NCBI GenBank assembly: GCA_013239625.1
Contig: MU054220.1
Coordinates: 2,975,374-3,037,373, forward strand
Source of the DNA: Lama guanicoe
Lineage: Eukaryota
Length of the DNA: 62,000 nt
Direction: 5' to 3'
Position numbers and translations under genes: made by a program
Shown: positions 26,270-38,795 of the stretch, in pieces
How positions within the stretch are numbered: position 1 is the first letter of the stretch
How the letters are laid out: every line of letters begins with the position of its first letter
Notes under the pieces: generated by a model
Seen by the model: the letters and a program-made list of their open reading frames with translations, nothing else
Databases searched by the model: none
What the model was told of the DNA's origin: nothing

Positions 26270-26700
26270 TGGCACTGTAGAAAGTGCCATGGGTCAGGGG
26301 AGAGGGGTGGATCACGTAGACCTGAGTGCGAATCAGAGCTCATTATGGGCTATGTGACTTCCGGCAAATGGCTTAACTCTCTGAGCTCCATTTTCCCTTA
26401 TCTGTAAAATGGAACCATTCTTATACTGACCTCTGTGGAGGGTTAAATAGCCGCCATGCTTATGAGGTAAGTGCTTAATAGATGTTTGATATTATTTCTT
26501 ATGGACTTAAAAAAAATTTGAATGCAGTGACCAATACTAGGAAGATGGCTCTCTGTTAGTTTGGGAAAGGATACCTAGGAGCCCTGCTTTCTTATCCCAG
26601 CCTTGCCGCTAACTAGAGGGCCATTTAAGCCTCAGTTTCCTCATCTGCTGAATGGAGCGATTAATATTCACAGCCTTGTTTTGACAATCAAATGGCACAT
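26270..26700 (+). mobile_element. Two MIR SINEs
   Basis: cttaactctctgagctccattttcccttatctgtaaaatgg; gcctcagtttcctcatctg. Confidence 0.8.
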
Positions 26701-27397
26701 TGTACGGGAAGTTCTTCTGTAGAAATAATTTAAAATCCCCTTGAACGCACGTGACGTAATGCTGCAGTTACTGGTCCCTCCCATGTGAGATGTTACGGAG
26801 CTTCCACTCTGCGCCCACCGCACGGTGCTCCCCTGTTGTTCGTGGTGGTGTGGAGGAGAAATTAAAATTACAAGCGTGTTTCCTTCCAGATGTTGTTGCT
26901 ACAGGCTCAAGGTGCTCTTTTTAACTGGGACATCAGGCTTCCTTGAAATAGACAAGAATTCTAGAAACATGACATTGTGCCTGATTCATCGCTTAAACTT
27001 GCACTGACTCATTCTCTCCTTGATAGTTTCTTCAACAGTAACTTTAATTACATCATTTACTTATTGTTTTTCTTTCTTGATTTATTCTCTTCCCACAATT
27101 CTTGTTTATTGTCTCAGTGATTGGGCCATCTTACCTCTGAGACTTGTGTAAACCTTCTGGGCGCTAGAAATAAGAACTGGGTTTTTCATGTACCTCTGAG
27201 TACCACCCCCTCCCCCCATGCCCCAGGCTTCTGTGCTTGAAATATATCATCAGAAAACGTATTTTTGACTTTGCTGGTGTTTCACAGAGCTTATATTATT
27301 GAATGCTCTCAGCCATCCTACAAGATAGATATAATTCAGTTTAAAAAAATGCAGAACGAAGACTCCAAGAGGGAGCCGTAACTTGCCCAAGTTCAGT

Positions 27398-27869
27398 ATG
27401 GTAGATTGCAAAAGTGGTCCCCAATTTGTATCCTTTCCTGCATCCATACTTTTTCCCGCATCATCTGTAGTGTCCTCCTTCTCTGATTCTGGGCTCACAA
27501 TGTAACTTGCCCTGGCTGAAGGGATAATGGCAAATGTGATATAAGCAAAAGGCTGAAAGGGGCTTGTGCAATCAGTTGGGTTTGCCTTCTTTCTTGTACC
27601 TCTCTCTGCTGCTGCCATGAGAACATGCCTGGTTTAGCCTCATGGAGGATGAGAGACATGTGAGGCAGAGCTGAGTCATCCCAGTCGTCCCAGTGGAGGC
27701 CAGTCTAAACCACTCAGTGGTCAGCCAAACCCTAGGCATGCCTCAATCAGCAGAACCACCTAGCCAACCATCCCAGATGTGTGAGCGACAAGCGCTTACT
27801 ACTGTATACCACTGAGGTTTCGTGGTTATTTGTTTCACAGCATTACTGTAGCGATGGGAAACTGATACA
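27398..27869 (+). mobile_element. MaLR LTR (MLT1H-like)
   Basis: tggtagattgcaaaagtggtcccc...gccatgagaacatgcctgg...ccactgaggtttcgtggttatttgtttcacagca...aactgataca. Confidence 0.8.
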
Positions 27870-28294
27870 ATGAGTACACAGGAAAGAGCTGGCCTTTGGA
27901 ACTGGGCAGGCCTAGGTTCGAGTTTCAGCTGTGCTATTTGGAGTCTTTTCCTTTTGAGACTGAATTTCCTTATCCTTAAGAGGAGTTATACTTCCCTCGC
28001 AGGGTTGATAGAAAAACTAAACACAAGGCAAAATAAATAAAACCTTTGGGACGCAGTATGGATCGTAGGTGATGTCCAAAAAACTGTGGCTGCTCACGGC
28101 AAACCTCCAAAATGACAACTGTGGGGCTATGGGGCCCAGACCAAGGATTGTCCAAATGTGAAGCCAATATCTTTTACATCAGCTCAGAAGACCAGAGGGG
28201 CTTGGTTCTATCCTTACAATGAAATGCAGCTTCCCTGCATCCTCCATTGCAGGATATTGAGCAAGATGGGCTTTAAAAAAAAGTTATTTAAGTT

Positions 28295-28560
28295 GAGGGG
28301 GCTGGGGGTGAGAAGGTATAGATTGGGAGTTCTAGATTTGCAGATACTAATACTACATATAAAATAACAAGTTTCTACTGTATAGCACAGGGAACTATAT
28401 TCAATATCTTGTAGTAACCTATAATGAAAAAGAATATGAAAACGCATATATGTATGTTTATGTATGACTGAAACTTTATGCTCTACCTCAGAAATTGACA
28501 CGACATTGTAAACTGACTATACTTCAATAAACGAAGAAAGAAAGAAAGAAAAGTACCACA
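28295..28560 (+). mobile_element. L1 3'UTR fragment (artiodactyl type)
   Basis: ctactgtatagcacagggaactatattcaatatcttgta...acattgtaaactgactatacttcaataaa plus A-rich tail. Confidence 0.9.
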
Positions 28561-29271
28561 AAAAAATTGAGAAGGCTGAAAAAGAAAAAGCCAAATCCAA
28601 AATTTTCCTTTGAGCCTGTGATTTAGCCAAATAGGTGGCAGTGAATTGGGGAAGGGGTGTTGCCCTTGTCCTGGGTATGGGTTTGGTTCAGATCAAGGAA
28701 CTCCAAGCACTGGGAACGTGAGCTCTGACACTCTGTTATTTGCCCTCCTGCTTGTGCTTGCGTTTTTAATGACAGATTGTTCAGGAAATGTGAATATTTC
28801 TCTAGGAGGTTTTGGTTTGTCACTTGGCCTTCTTTTCTGAGTCCTTTCCCTTCCTTTGAAGCCATTGTCTTCTTGACATGACAAATAAGGTAAGCTTAGG
28901 GCTAATTATTTCAAGGGGGGTGGAAAAAGAAAACCAACCAAGGCTGAAATAAGAGCAATTAGCTCAGTAAACTCTAAGAAGTTAGGAGATGTTCTTTGAA
29001 AATTAAAAAAAAAATTGAAAAAAAATTCATATACATTTAAGGAACAGCTTTCTTCCTGAACAAAATTAACTTGGGATGTTTTCTACAAAATCCAACTCTT
29101 TTCCTCCCTCCTGCTCCACTCCTGACCCAGATAACTCACTCCTCCTCATCTTTTCTGATGGTGACAATGGAGTGACATTTGTTAAATGCACTGGGCTCTG
29201 CCTTTAACGCGTTGTGTGACCCTGGATTAATTACATGGCATTTCTGAGCTTTAATTTCTCACCAGTAAAAT

Positions 29272-29376
29272 ATTTTTTTTCTTTCTTTTTTTTTTTTCAA
29301 TGGAGTTACTGGGGATTGAACCCAGGACCTTGTGCATGCTAAGCACGCACTCTACCACTGAGCTATACCCATCCCC
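29272..29376 (-). mobile_element. Vic-1-type SINE
   Basis: tactggggattgaacccaggaccttgtgcatgctaagcacgcactctaccactgagctatacccc. Confidence 0.92.
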
Positions 29377-29459
29377 TCTAAGATGATATTTCTATAAGAT
29401 TTCTTTACAGTTAAAAAAATAGAATTCGTTTTTAAAATAATAATTTATCATCATTCTTT

Positions 29460-29845
29460 TAAACAATAATTAATCATTTCTTACAGATTCATGGATTGAC
29501 TTGGCTCAGCTGGGAGGTTCTTTCTTGGGATCTCTCATTTGGTGGCATCAGATAGTGGCTGAGACTGGCGTAATCTGAAGGTTCAGCAGGACTGGATGTC
29601 CACAAGAATCATGGCTGGTGGTCGATGCTGACTGTCAGCTGAAAACTCAGCTGGGACTGCTAAATGGAGTCCCTGGACATGGCTTCTCCGTGTGACTTGG
29701 GCTTCTCGTGGTGTGGTGTCTGGCTTCTGAGGCGGAGCACCTCAAGATGGGGTGTTCCAAGACCCCCAGGTGGAAGCTTTAAGGCTCCTTATGATTTACA
29801 CTGGAGGTACCAGGACATCACTTTTATTACATAATTAGGTTTCTT
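29460..29845 (-). mobile_element. MaLR LTR (MLT1-type)
   Basis: ggctcagctgggaggttc...atctgaagg...ggatgtcca...ctctccgtgtgacttgggcttctc. Confidence 0.7.
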
Positions 29846-30239
29846 TTGAGGCTAAAATTTTATAATTTCATGACCCGCATCCTCTGTCTTCTGCTAATGA
29901 ATCAGATAGAAATTTATGAAGCCGAACAGAGAGCCAGCTGGGTCTGGGCACAGAGGCAGCCGTGTCTCATGCTACAGACACAAGCATGTGACGGATGCAT
30001 CATCCTAATTCTCTGGAGCACAGGGGAGATTGTCACCTACTGGTGCCTGCTGAGTTCTTTCTGTGCCCACTACTGGGCTCTGAATCTTTGCCTCTCACTC
30101 CACCCTGCCACTCTTCCCCCAGCACAATTGTGATGTTAAGCATGTGTGAGGTATGTAAGGGGGAGAAAGAGAACACAGAATTCCTGCTTTTCATTTCAAT
30201 AAGAAGACAAGCTATGAGAAGAGAAAAAGGTGGCTATGC

Positions 30240-30700
30240 AGTCAGTGGCATTGAATGCCAGATTGGGGGGGGGTCACAGAAAGTGCTATAGGCATTCAGG
30301 GGAAGGACAGATGGGGGAGGGAAGTCCTCCTGGAGGAGGTGACACTTGAGCTGAATTTTGAAAGGTGAGTAGGAATTGCCCAGGGCAGAAACGGGGAGGG
30401 TATTTCAGGAAGAGGGACCTGGGTGAGTAAAACGTCAAGAGTGGGGCGGCAGGGAACAGCGACCACCTGCAGTGTGGAGAGAGAGGTGGGAGGTAGCAAG
30501 AGAGGGGACAGGAGAGGCAGACAGCGCCCAGGGTCCTGCATGGCCTTGGAGGACGGGCAACAATATCCCCATTTTCCTGGACAAGGACACAGAAACTCAG
30601 GAAGATAAAGGGACTCGATTAAGGTCACACAGCTTGTAAGTGACCGAGTCAGGGTATGAACCCAGGACTGTCTGACTTCTCAGTCCTGCCCCCTTTCCAA
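30240..30700 (-). mobile_element. L2 fragment followed by MIR
   Basis: ctggaggaggtgacacttgagctgaattttgaaaggtgagtaggaatt (L2); aaggtcacacagcttgtaagtgaccgagtcagggtatgaacccagg (MIR). Confidence 0.8.
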
Positions 30701-31339
30701 CACAGCCAGTTGAGATCTAACTTCAGTTGCAGCCACTAGATTTCCCAGAGACTTCCCTTGTGTCTCTGAGGCTCCTGGCAGACTAAGGATGTTGCTTTTC
30801 TGCACCATTTATTGTAATGACTTCAATTAAACCATCTTGTGCTGGATCAGTGAGCAGCTCTAGGGAATCAATGAGCAGGGCTGGCTACCAGGGAAGCAGA
30901 GTCTCCTCCCCTTGTCCCTGCCAATCCCAGGGCTGAGCTCCAGTCCCCATGCCTGGGGAGGACTTAAGAGAGGAAAATGGGAGCCAGGGGGCAGGCAGCA
31001 GGTCACAAAGAGACAAGGAAGCAGGTATCTATTACCTTCCAGACGCAGAGGGTGCAGGGCCAGCCCAGGGGTCCCCATCCTCCCTGGCACTGCTCGCTGC
31101 TGCCCTTGCTCTGCTATCTTCCTCTGGTTAATTTGGATTTGCAGCTGCAGATCCAGGACAATAGGCCAACCCCACTTGGCTGCCTTCAGTGCAGGGCCAG
31201 TACCTAATGAACCTTGACCCCAAGGGAGAGGAGCCAATGGCCCTGTACTACCTTGCTGCCTGACCTTGGGCAAGGTGCCTCCACTTTCCTATTCTGGGAA
31301 AAGCCACAGGATGGACATTGAGATTCGCTAGGCTGGATC

Positions 31340-31822
31340 TCATGTTATTCCTTGTTTGTCCCCTCCCATTTAGGGTCCTAGGTCTCCCCTTTCTTTCCCT
31401 GCTCTGTGCCTCAGGAGGCTGACCCCTGTGAAATGAATCAATGGGTGCCCTTCAGTTTGGTTTGGCCAATGGGAAATACTGGCAGGAGACTGGAAGGTGG
31501 GAGGAGAGAGAGGCTGGAGAATTTCTTCCCTGCAGCCTCTCTGCTTGGTGGCAGGTGGTGTGGAAGTGCTTCTCCGTGTGGCCACAGCTCTTGCCAACAG
31601 CTCTTCCCTCTGTCCTCGCCCTCCCTGGGCTCCAGTAACACTCCTTCCTCCCCTTGACCCTTGAGGCCTGAGGGTGGCTTCCAGCTGTTTATTATCTCAG
31701 GGTTTTTCAGCAGTTTCAGTTTCTTTAATCCTGTCCATCCCTTTGTAAATAGTCCCTCCTCATTAAAGTCTCATCAGTTGAACCATTTGAGTGAAATTTT
31801 GTTTCCTGCTGGGATGCTGATG
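31340..31822. mobile_element. ERVL solo LTR (LTR33-like)
   Basis: ggaggctgacc...ttggccaatggg...ggcaggagactggaagg...gaggagagagagg and tttgtaaatagtccc...cattaaa...tttcctgctggga. Confidence 0.75.
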
Positions 31823-31984
31823 TATCTTCTGAAGGCCCTTCTAGCTCCATGATCTTAAGAGTTTATGAGGGGGAAGATGCAAGGAACTGGCTGACTCTCA
31901 GGGCCCTGCAGCAGCTTGGGTTATCCTGCAACAGGGAGAGTCCAGGCCAACAGATCCCGGCTGCTCTGCAGCTTTCCTTGCTCC

Positions 31985-32715
31985 TCCCCTTGTCCTCAAC
32001 TCCCGCAGTTGTAGCCTAGACCCCCATCATTTGTTTTTTCTTTTAGTCCAGCTTTATTGGGGTGGAACCTATGCACAGCCAAATGCATCCACAGAAAGTA
32101 CAATTGGATGAGTGCCCATCCCTTCTGCCCAGATCTGTTCTCACAACAGGTTGTTGTTCGAGTTGGTCTCCAGCCTTCATGCTCACCCCTGCAAATTCAC
32201 AATCCTCAGACTGGATCATGTCACTCTCCTGCTCCAAAACCATACTTGGCACTCCTGTGCCTTGAGGTCAAAGCCCAAACTCCTCAGAGCAATGTAGGAG
32301 GCCTGATGAGCTGGACTTGAACTCTCCAGTCTCAGCTGCTACCACTTCCCATGGATGCTCCAGCCATAATGGACTACTTGAGTCACACTCTCTCCAAGTT
32401 CTCTGCCTTGGCACTAGCTGTTCCCAGACCCGAAGTACCCTGCATCCTCACGTCGTTGACCCTCACTATCCCTCCCTGCCTCAGAAATCCCTATTCGCCC
32501 TTGAGCATCAAGCTGAAGCATGATCTCCACTAGGAGGTCTTCCCTTTGGTGCCCAAACTGAGCAGAGCCCCTCCTCTGTGCTTCCCCAGCACACTGTGGG
32601 TATTTTTGTTATTACACTTTTCCTGAACCATAAATGATGTTTGTCTCATTAGAATGTGAGCAGCTTGAAGTTACAGTCTATCTTTCATTGGTGCACCTCT
32701 ATAACGACCAACGCT
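31985..32715 (+). mobile_element. L2 3' region
   Basis: ctggatcatgtcactctcctgctc...aaagcccaaactcctcag...attagaatgtgagc. Confidence 0.75.
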
Positions 32716-32789
32716 CTTCGTGATACATCATTCATCATTCATTCATCCATTCAACAAATACTTGAGTGCCTACAATATGCCACACACCC

Positions 32790-32839
32790 TTCCTTCCTTC
32801 CTTCCTTCCTTCCTTCCTTCCTTCCTTCCTTCCTCTCTT

Positions 32840-32870
<31 letters not shown>

Positions 32871-32916
32871 CTCTCTCTCTTTCTTTCTCTCTCTCTTTCT
32901 CTCTCTCTTTCTTTCG

Positions 32917-32948
<32 letters not shown>

Positions 32949-33050
32949 CTTCCTTTCTTTCTTTCTTTCTTTCTTTCTTCCTTTCTTTCTTTCTTTCTTT
33001 CTTTCTTTTCTTTTCTTTCTTTCTTTTCTTTCTTTCCTTTCTTTCTTCTT
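32790..33050. repeat. (TTCC)n(TTTC)n(TC)n polypyrimidine microsatellite
   Basis: Directly visible; sits where the poly(A) tail of the 32792-36763 insertion would be. Confidence 0.97.
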
Positions 33051-34320
33051 AACAGTTTATTTTGAAAAATTCCAAACATGCAGAAAAGCTGGAAGACTTA
33101 CACAGTTAACACCCATATTTACCTACCACCCAGATTCTACAATGAACATCCTACAATACTTGTTTTATCATCTACTTATCATTCCTCAACCCATTGCATC
33201 TTTTTATTATTATTATTTGTTTTAATTTTTAATAGATTTCATTCTTTTAGAGCAGTTTTAGGTTCACAACAGAACTGAGTGGAAAATACAGAGTTCTCAC
33301 ATAGCCCTCCCTACCCACGCATATATACTCCCCTACCCTCAACATCCCTCATCAGTGTGGCATATTTCGTACAATTGATGAACAAACATGGGCACATTAT
33401 TATCAACCAAAGTCCATAGTTTACTTTAGGGTTCACTCTTGATGTTGTGCATTCTATGGGCTTTGACAAATGGATAATGACATGTAGCCACCACTATAGT
33501 ATCATACAGAGTAATTTCATTGCCCTAAAAACCCCTTGTGCTCCATCTATTCATTCCTCTCTCCCTCCCTCTCCCCAAATCCCAGGAAACCATGATTTTT
33601 TTTTTTATTGTTTCTCTTGCTTTGCCTTTTCCAGAATGTCATTTGGTTGGAATAGTACAGCTTGTCGCCTGTTCAGACTGGCTTCTTTCATTTAGTAATA
33701 GGTCTTTTAAGTTTCTTCTATGTCTTTCATGGCTTGATAGAACTTTTCTTCTTAACTGCACTTATATTTTTAAATTTACACATATGTACTGTTCATTGTT
33801 TCTAAGAACGTTTAGAGCTTTAGCTTTTTAAACTTACATAGTTATCAAAGGAATAAAGCCAACCACAAAATAAGAATTAACTCAAAAAGATACACACACC
33901 CTGCTGTTAACAGCAACATTATTTATAATTGCCAAGATATGGAAGCATCCTAAGTGCACATCAATAATTGAATAGCAGTGACATTTCCATTACATCAAAA
34001 ACAACAAAATACCTAGAAAGAAACCCAACCAAGGAGGTTACCTATACTCTGAAAACCAAAATGACACAAAGAAATGGAAAGATTTCTTGTGCTCTTGGAC
34101 TGGAAGAATCAACACTATCAAAATGGCCACACTACCCAAAGCAATCCACAGATCCAGTGCAACCCTCATCAAAATACTCGCGACATTCCTCACAGAACTA
34201 GAACAAACAATTCCACAATTTATAAGGAACCACAAAAGACCCTGAACAGCCAAAGCAATCTTTTGTAGGTCTTTCTCCCCCCCTTTCTTCTTTTTCATCT
34301 CGTTTCTTATGGTTTGATGA

Positions 34321-35819
34321 CTAGAGAAGGTCCTTTAACATTTGTTGTAAAGCAGGTTTGGTGGTGCTGAAATCTTTTAGCTATTGTTTATCTATGAAGC
34401 TTTTGATTTCTCCACTTGAGACAGGATGGAAGAGGGCAGGGCACAGCCATTCAAGGAATGCCACCGCAGTTAACATCACAATGGTGAAAGATTCAACCCC
34501 TAGTAGGCCTTGAGGCTCAGGATGATGAGAGATTTAACTTCTAGTAGATCTTGAGCTTCATTATACGCCCATTGTAATATTAACATGGTGAATAACATGC
34601 CCACAGGCACTATGGCAGTACCAAGGCTAGCCACAAAAGGTCAAAGATGGGAAATGGCCAACTTCCTGGGAATCCCAGCCCCTCCCCCTTAGACTGGTCC
34701 TTCTATTTATTAGCATATGAAGCCACAAAGCCCATAAAAACCAGCAACAGGGTGCCTCTTGCTGCCCCTCTCTCTCCCTTTTCGGAGACCCACACTCTGT
34801 CTATGGAGTGTGTACCTACTTTTAATCTGAGCATCCAAGTCCCCACACCTTGTGGCCTTTCTCTTGCCTTTCAATGTATTTCTCTGAATAAATCTATCTT
34901 TACTCAACTGCGACTCGCTCTTGAATTCTTTCCTGCGTGGAGCTAAGGACCCACACTTGGTGGGGCACATCCCAGGGACTCAACCGAAACCTGGGACACA
35001 GCCCTTCTCATGCTCCACTTCTCTTTTCCTGCATCACATCAAGTCTGAATGAGAGCCTTGCTGGACAGAGTATTCTTGGTTGTAAGTTTCCCCTTTTCAT
35101 CACTTTAAATAAATCTTGCCCACTCCCTTCTGGCCTGTAGAGTTTCTGCTGAAAAATCAGCTGATAACCATATGGGAGTTCCCTTGTATGTTATTTGTTG
35201 CTTTTCTCTTGCTAATTTTAATATGTTCTCCTTATCCTTAATTGTTGTCAATTTGATGACAATGTGCCTTGCTGTCTTCCTCTTTGGATTGATTCTGTGT
35301 GGTATTCTTCACGCTTCTAGGACTTGGGTGACTGTTTCCTTTCCCAAGTTGGGGAAGTTTTGGTTATTATCTCTCCAAAAATTTTCTCAGGCCCTTTCTC
35401 TCTCTCTTCTCTTTCTGGGGCCTCTATAATGTGAATATTAGAGTGCTTCATGTTGTCCCAGAATTCTCTTAAACTATCCTCATTCCTTTTTATTCTTTTT
35501 TCTGTTCTGAAGTAGTGATTTCCACTAATCTGTCTTCTAGCTCACTGGTCCGTTCTGCTTCATTTGGTCTATTCTTGGTTCCTTCTAGTGTATTGTTCAT
35601 TTCAGTGATTTTATTCTTCAACTCTGTTTGGGTATTCTTTATATTTTCCAACTCCGCTAAAAAATTCATTCTGTGTATCTATACTTCTCTTGAGTTCTCT
35701 GAACATCTTGGCCATCATGACTTTAAACTCTTAGATAAATTACCTGTCTCCTCATCACTTATTTCTTCTGGGATTTTATCTTGTGCCTTGGCCTGGGAGA
35801 TATTCCTTTGCTGCCTCAT
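34321..35819 (-). pseudogene. Decayed L1 ORF1p, interrupted by a solo LTR
   Basis: Minus-strand translation MRQQRNISQ...SLREFWDNMK...ITYKGTPIWLSADFSAETLQARREW...LQPRILCPARLSF|...KPALQQMLKDLL*, with frameshifts and stops. Confidence 0.9.
34417..35036 (+). mobile_element. ERV (class I-like) solo LTR, ~620 bp
   Basis: TG...CA ends with imperfect IR tgagacagga/tcctgcatca; TATA-like cataaaaa ~34733; AATAAA 34887-34892; cleanly interrupts L1 ORF1; degenerate 4-bp flank cact/catc. Confidence 0.85.
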
Positions 35820-36809
35820 AATGTCTATCCTTCTATGTGTTTGTGGATTCCTTCCACAGGCTTGAGATTGTTGTTTTCTTATTTCTATTATCTGCCCCTG
35901 GTGGATGAGGCTGGACTAGAGGCTTATGCAGGTTTTCTGGCAGAAGGCGCCAGTGTCTCCCCACTGCTGGGTGAAGATTGGTCCTGGATCTCTGGTGGGT
36001 AGGGCTGTGTCTAGAGGCCTTTGTGGCTTAGGAAGTCTGCTGATGGGTGGGGCTGTGTTCCCACCCTGTGTGTTGTTTGGCCTGAGGCTTCCCTACTGGC
36101 TGTTGGGTGGGGCTAGATTTTGGTGCTAATGATCCAATCAAGACGGCAGCCTCCAAGAAAGCTCATCTAGATTAACACTCCCGGAATGTCTGCCACCAGC
36201 TTTTATGTCCTCTGAGTGAGCCGCAGCTGTCCCCCACATCCCCAGGAGACCCTCCAAATCCAGCAGACAGGTCTGGCCCAGGTTCCTATGAAATCACTGC
36301 CTCTACCCTTGGACCTGGAGCACGTGTGTCTCTGTGTATGCTTCTCAAGTGAATGGAGTCTCTATTTCCCCCAGTCCCGTGAGGCTTCCAGAGCCAAGCC
36401 CCCCGGCCTTCAAAACCAGATGTCCTGGGGTCTCTTTCTCTTCCCAATGCTGGGACCCGAGCTGGGGAGGCTGATATGGGGCTTAGACCCTCTCACTCCT
36501 GTGGGAGGGCCTCTGTGACTTAACAAATCTTCAGCTTGTGGGTTGCCCACCTAGGCGGGTATGGGGCCTAATTATATCATGAGCTCACCCTTCCTACCGT
36601 CCTGCTGTGGTTCCCTCTTTATGTTTCCAATTGCAGAAGATCTTTTCTGCTAGGTTCCAGTCTTTTTTTTTGATGGTTGTTTAGCATTCATTTGTGGTTT
36701 CATTGTAGTCTCAAGGAGAGGTGAGCTCATGGTCCTACCAATCTGCCATCTTGACCGGAGCTCTGCCACACACTCTTCCAGCATGGGGGCTCAGGACTGT
36801 ACAAGACAG

Positions 36810-37375
36810 GTGTACTCATTGTTCAGCTGCTGTCTCCCAGCTCCAAATCCATCTTTTTATTTCTATGCTTTGTGACACTGGGGCGGGGATGCTCTAAACT
36901 ATGGGGATCCTGCAAACCACGATTCTCCTTTGTTCTGAGACTTCCTGTTTCTACCAGCAGAGGCACTAGAGTGAGACTGGAAGGCAGGAGGAGGAAGTAG
37001 GGACTGGCTCCTTTTTTTGCTTGCTGGATCCTGTCCAGATTGCCCCAGTAATGGCCCTTCTTTCTAGTAGTTGCAGCTAGTTCTGACCTCCAGCTCCTGA
37101 CATTCCCAGAACAGCCTCCTGTGCCTCCCTAGAGATGAGTAATAGCTAGATGGTGATCCCTTGGAGAGCTGGGTCCCAGTGCTGTGGTCTCCTCCTCCAA
37201 ATTCATAGATTCTCACAATCCCATTTCTTCCTGTGGTTATCACCTCTGTCTTTTTTCAGTGCTCCCTTTAAAGTTTTTCTCTCCTTCTAATAATATATTT
37301 TCAACTAACTACTTTTATTAAAGTATCACTGTTGAAATTATCTAGTGCAGTTTCTGTGTTCCTAACTGGACTGGA
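36810..37375. mobile_element. ERVL solo LTR (LTR41-like)
   Basis: ctgtctcccagctccaaatccatc...gaggcactagagtgagactggaaggcaggagg...tttctgtgttcctaactgga. Confidence 0.65.
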
Positions 37376-37379
37376 TGCA

Positions 37380-37920
37380 AAAGGGAAGATTCCTGGTCTT
37401 GTGGACCTTAAATTCAATTCGGGGAAGATAGAAAACAAACCAATAAAAAGGCCAGAAGTAAAAAGTGTTCTGATGAAAAATAAGACAGGGTAATAGAGAA
37501 AGCCTAGGCTGCTTTTGATTGGGTAGTCAGGGAAGTTCTCTCCAAGAGGTGACATTTAAGCAGGGAAAGAAATGCTAAGTTTCTGCCCATTCAAAGAGCT
37601 AGGGAAGAATGTTCCAAGGGAAAGGACCAGCCAGTGCAAAGGCCTTACAGAGAGAGTGGGCTTTTTGTATTCAAGAAGAAATGGCTTGAAGTGGAGTTGG
37701 GGAGGGGTATTGCAGAGGTTAGGGTCAGAGAAGCAGGCAGGGGTAGACCATGTGGACCTTCTTAGCCACGGGTTAAGTGTTAGTTCAAGCTTTTACTATT
37801 AAAAAAAGTTCAGAATGTGTTGGAAAGCCTTTGGAGGGTTTTAAAACATGGAAAGTACCAACACCTGACTTAGATTTCAAGAAGATCTCTTTAATAGCTG
37901 GACGGCGGGGGGCAGTCTGT
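37380..37920 (-). mobile_element. L2 fragment
   Basis: gtcagggaagttctctccaagaggtgacatttaagcag...agccagtgcaaaggcc...ggaaagcctttggagggttttaa. Confidence 0.8.
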
Positions 37921-38569
37921 AGGGTGCCAGAGCAGAAAGTTTGTTCTCCCCAGAGCAGAAGGTGGTCAAGGAGGAGGAAGCCAGAGACTCAGACTTGTCC
38001 TAGGTCACCTGGATTTGGAATTCAGGTTCCCAGATCGGTGCTCCTTTGGGGCTACCCTTTCTCAAAGTAAGGCCTAATCGACCCAACATCCTGGGAAGAG
38101 GATGACACCCCTTGGTCAGCCAAACACATACTTTTGACAATGCTCCTGCTTCATGAAAAGTCTAGTGGTGCTCGACTCATGGTTTATCCAGGTTGCACCT
38201 GGTTGGTCACAATAAGCAGAGATACCTCACAAACAGAGTGAAGGACACTGATGGGGTTTGGGGTTTACCTTAAACAGGCAGTCGGGGCATTCTGAGTAAA
38301 AAAGAGGGATGCCTTTATAAGCAGAGGTGGGAGTAAGAGACAAAAATGTCTATATGCTTCAAGCAATAGAGCTTTACTGAAAGAATCCTTCCTCCGGTGA
38401 GTAATATAATCTAGCATTTTGGGGGGTGGGAGGAAATGGCTGGATGGGTCCCGGGAGTACTACTGAGGTGACTTCAGCGTTAGCATTTTTCTCCACAGCT
38501 TGAAATATGAGGAGGATGGAAGACGGGAAGAAGCTGGGACGTCCTCTCACACTAAGGACCCTGAGAGGC

Positions 38570-38795
38570 AAGCGCTTCGGAAGGCCTGAGAGCCTCAGAT
38601 CCGCTTCTAAACTGGCACTGCATTCTGATTGGCTGTCTCTGCCTGCCTCAGTTTATTGCTCTTCCTGATTGGCTGGGTTCTTCCACCCTCGTCAGATCCC
38701 TGTTCCGAGCAGGCTAGTCCTCCCACCCGCCGCAGTGTCACCTGGGATTGGCTGGGTTCTGAAAGACCCGCCGGCATGCGTTTTGCCACCATCAG
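38570..38795. promoter_or_regulatory. Triple CCAAT-box (NF-Y) promoter-like block
   Basis: GATTGGCTG with ATTGG at 38628, 38668 and 38747, plus CCCGCC GC boxes and CpG enrichment. Confidence 0.6.

Larger units (their letters stand above)
32792..36763 (-). mobile_element. TSD-bounded chimeric L1 insertion (5'UTR + ORF1, no colinear ORF2) splitting an L2 3' end
   Basis: TSD tgccacacaccctt (32778-32791) / tgccacacactctt (36764-36777). L1 5' start ccggtcaagatggc near 36760, ORF1, inverted ORF2 pieces (33870-34262), older L1 3' fragments (33050-33750), AATAAA on minus at 33056-33061, then tail. Confidence 0.75.

Noticed and set aside
20008..29376. tRNA genes (A-box/B-box sequences)
   Set aside because: Five dispersed copies with a shared non-tRNA body and AT-rich tails; these are SINEs.
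32656..33225. Long F/L/S-rich and K/R/E-rich ORFs
   Set aside because: They are translations of the (TTTC)n microsatellite.
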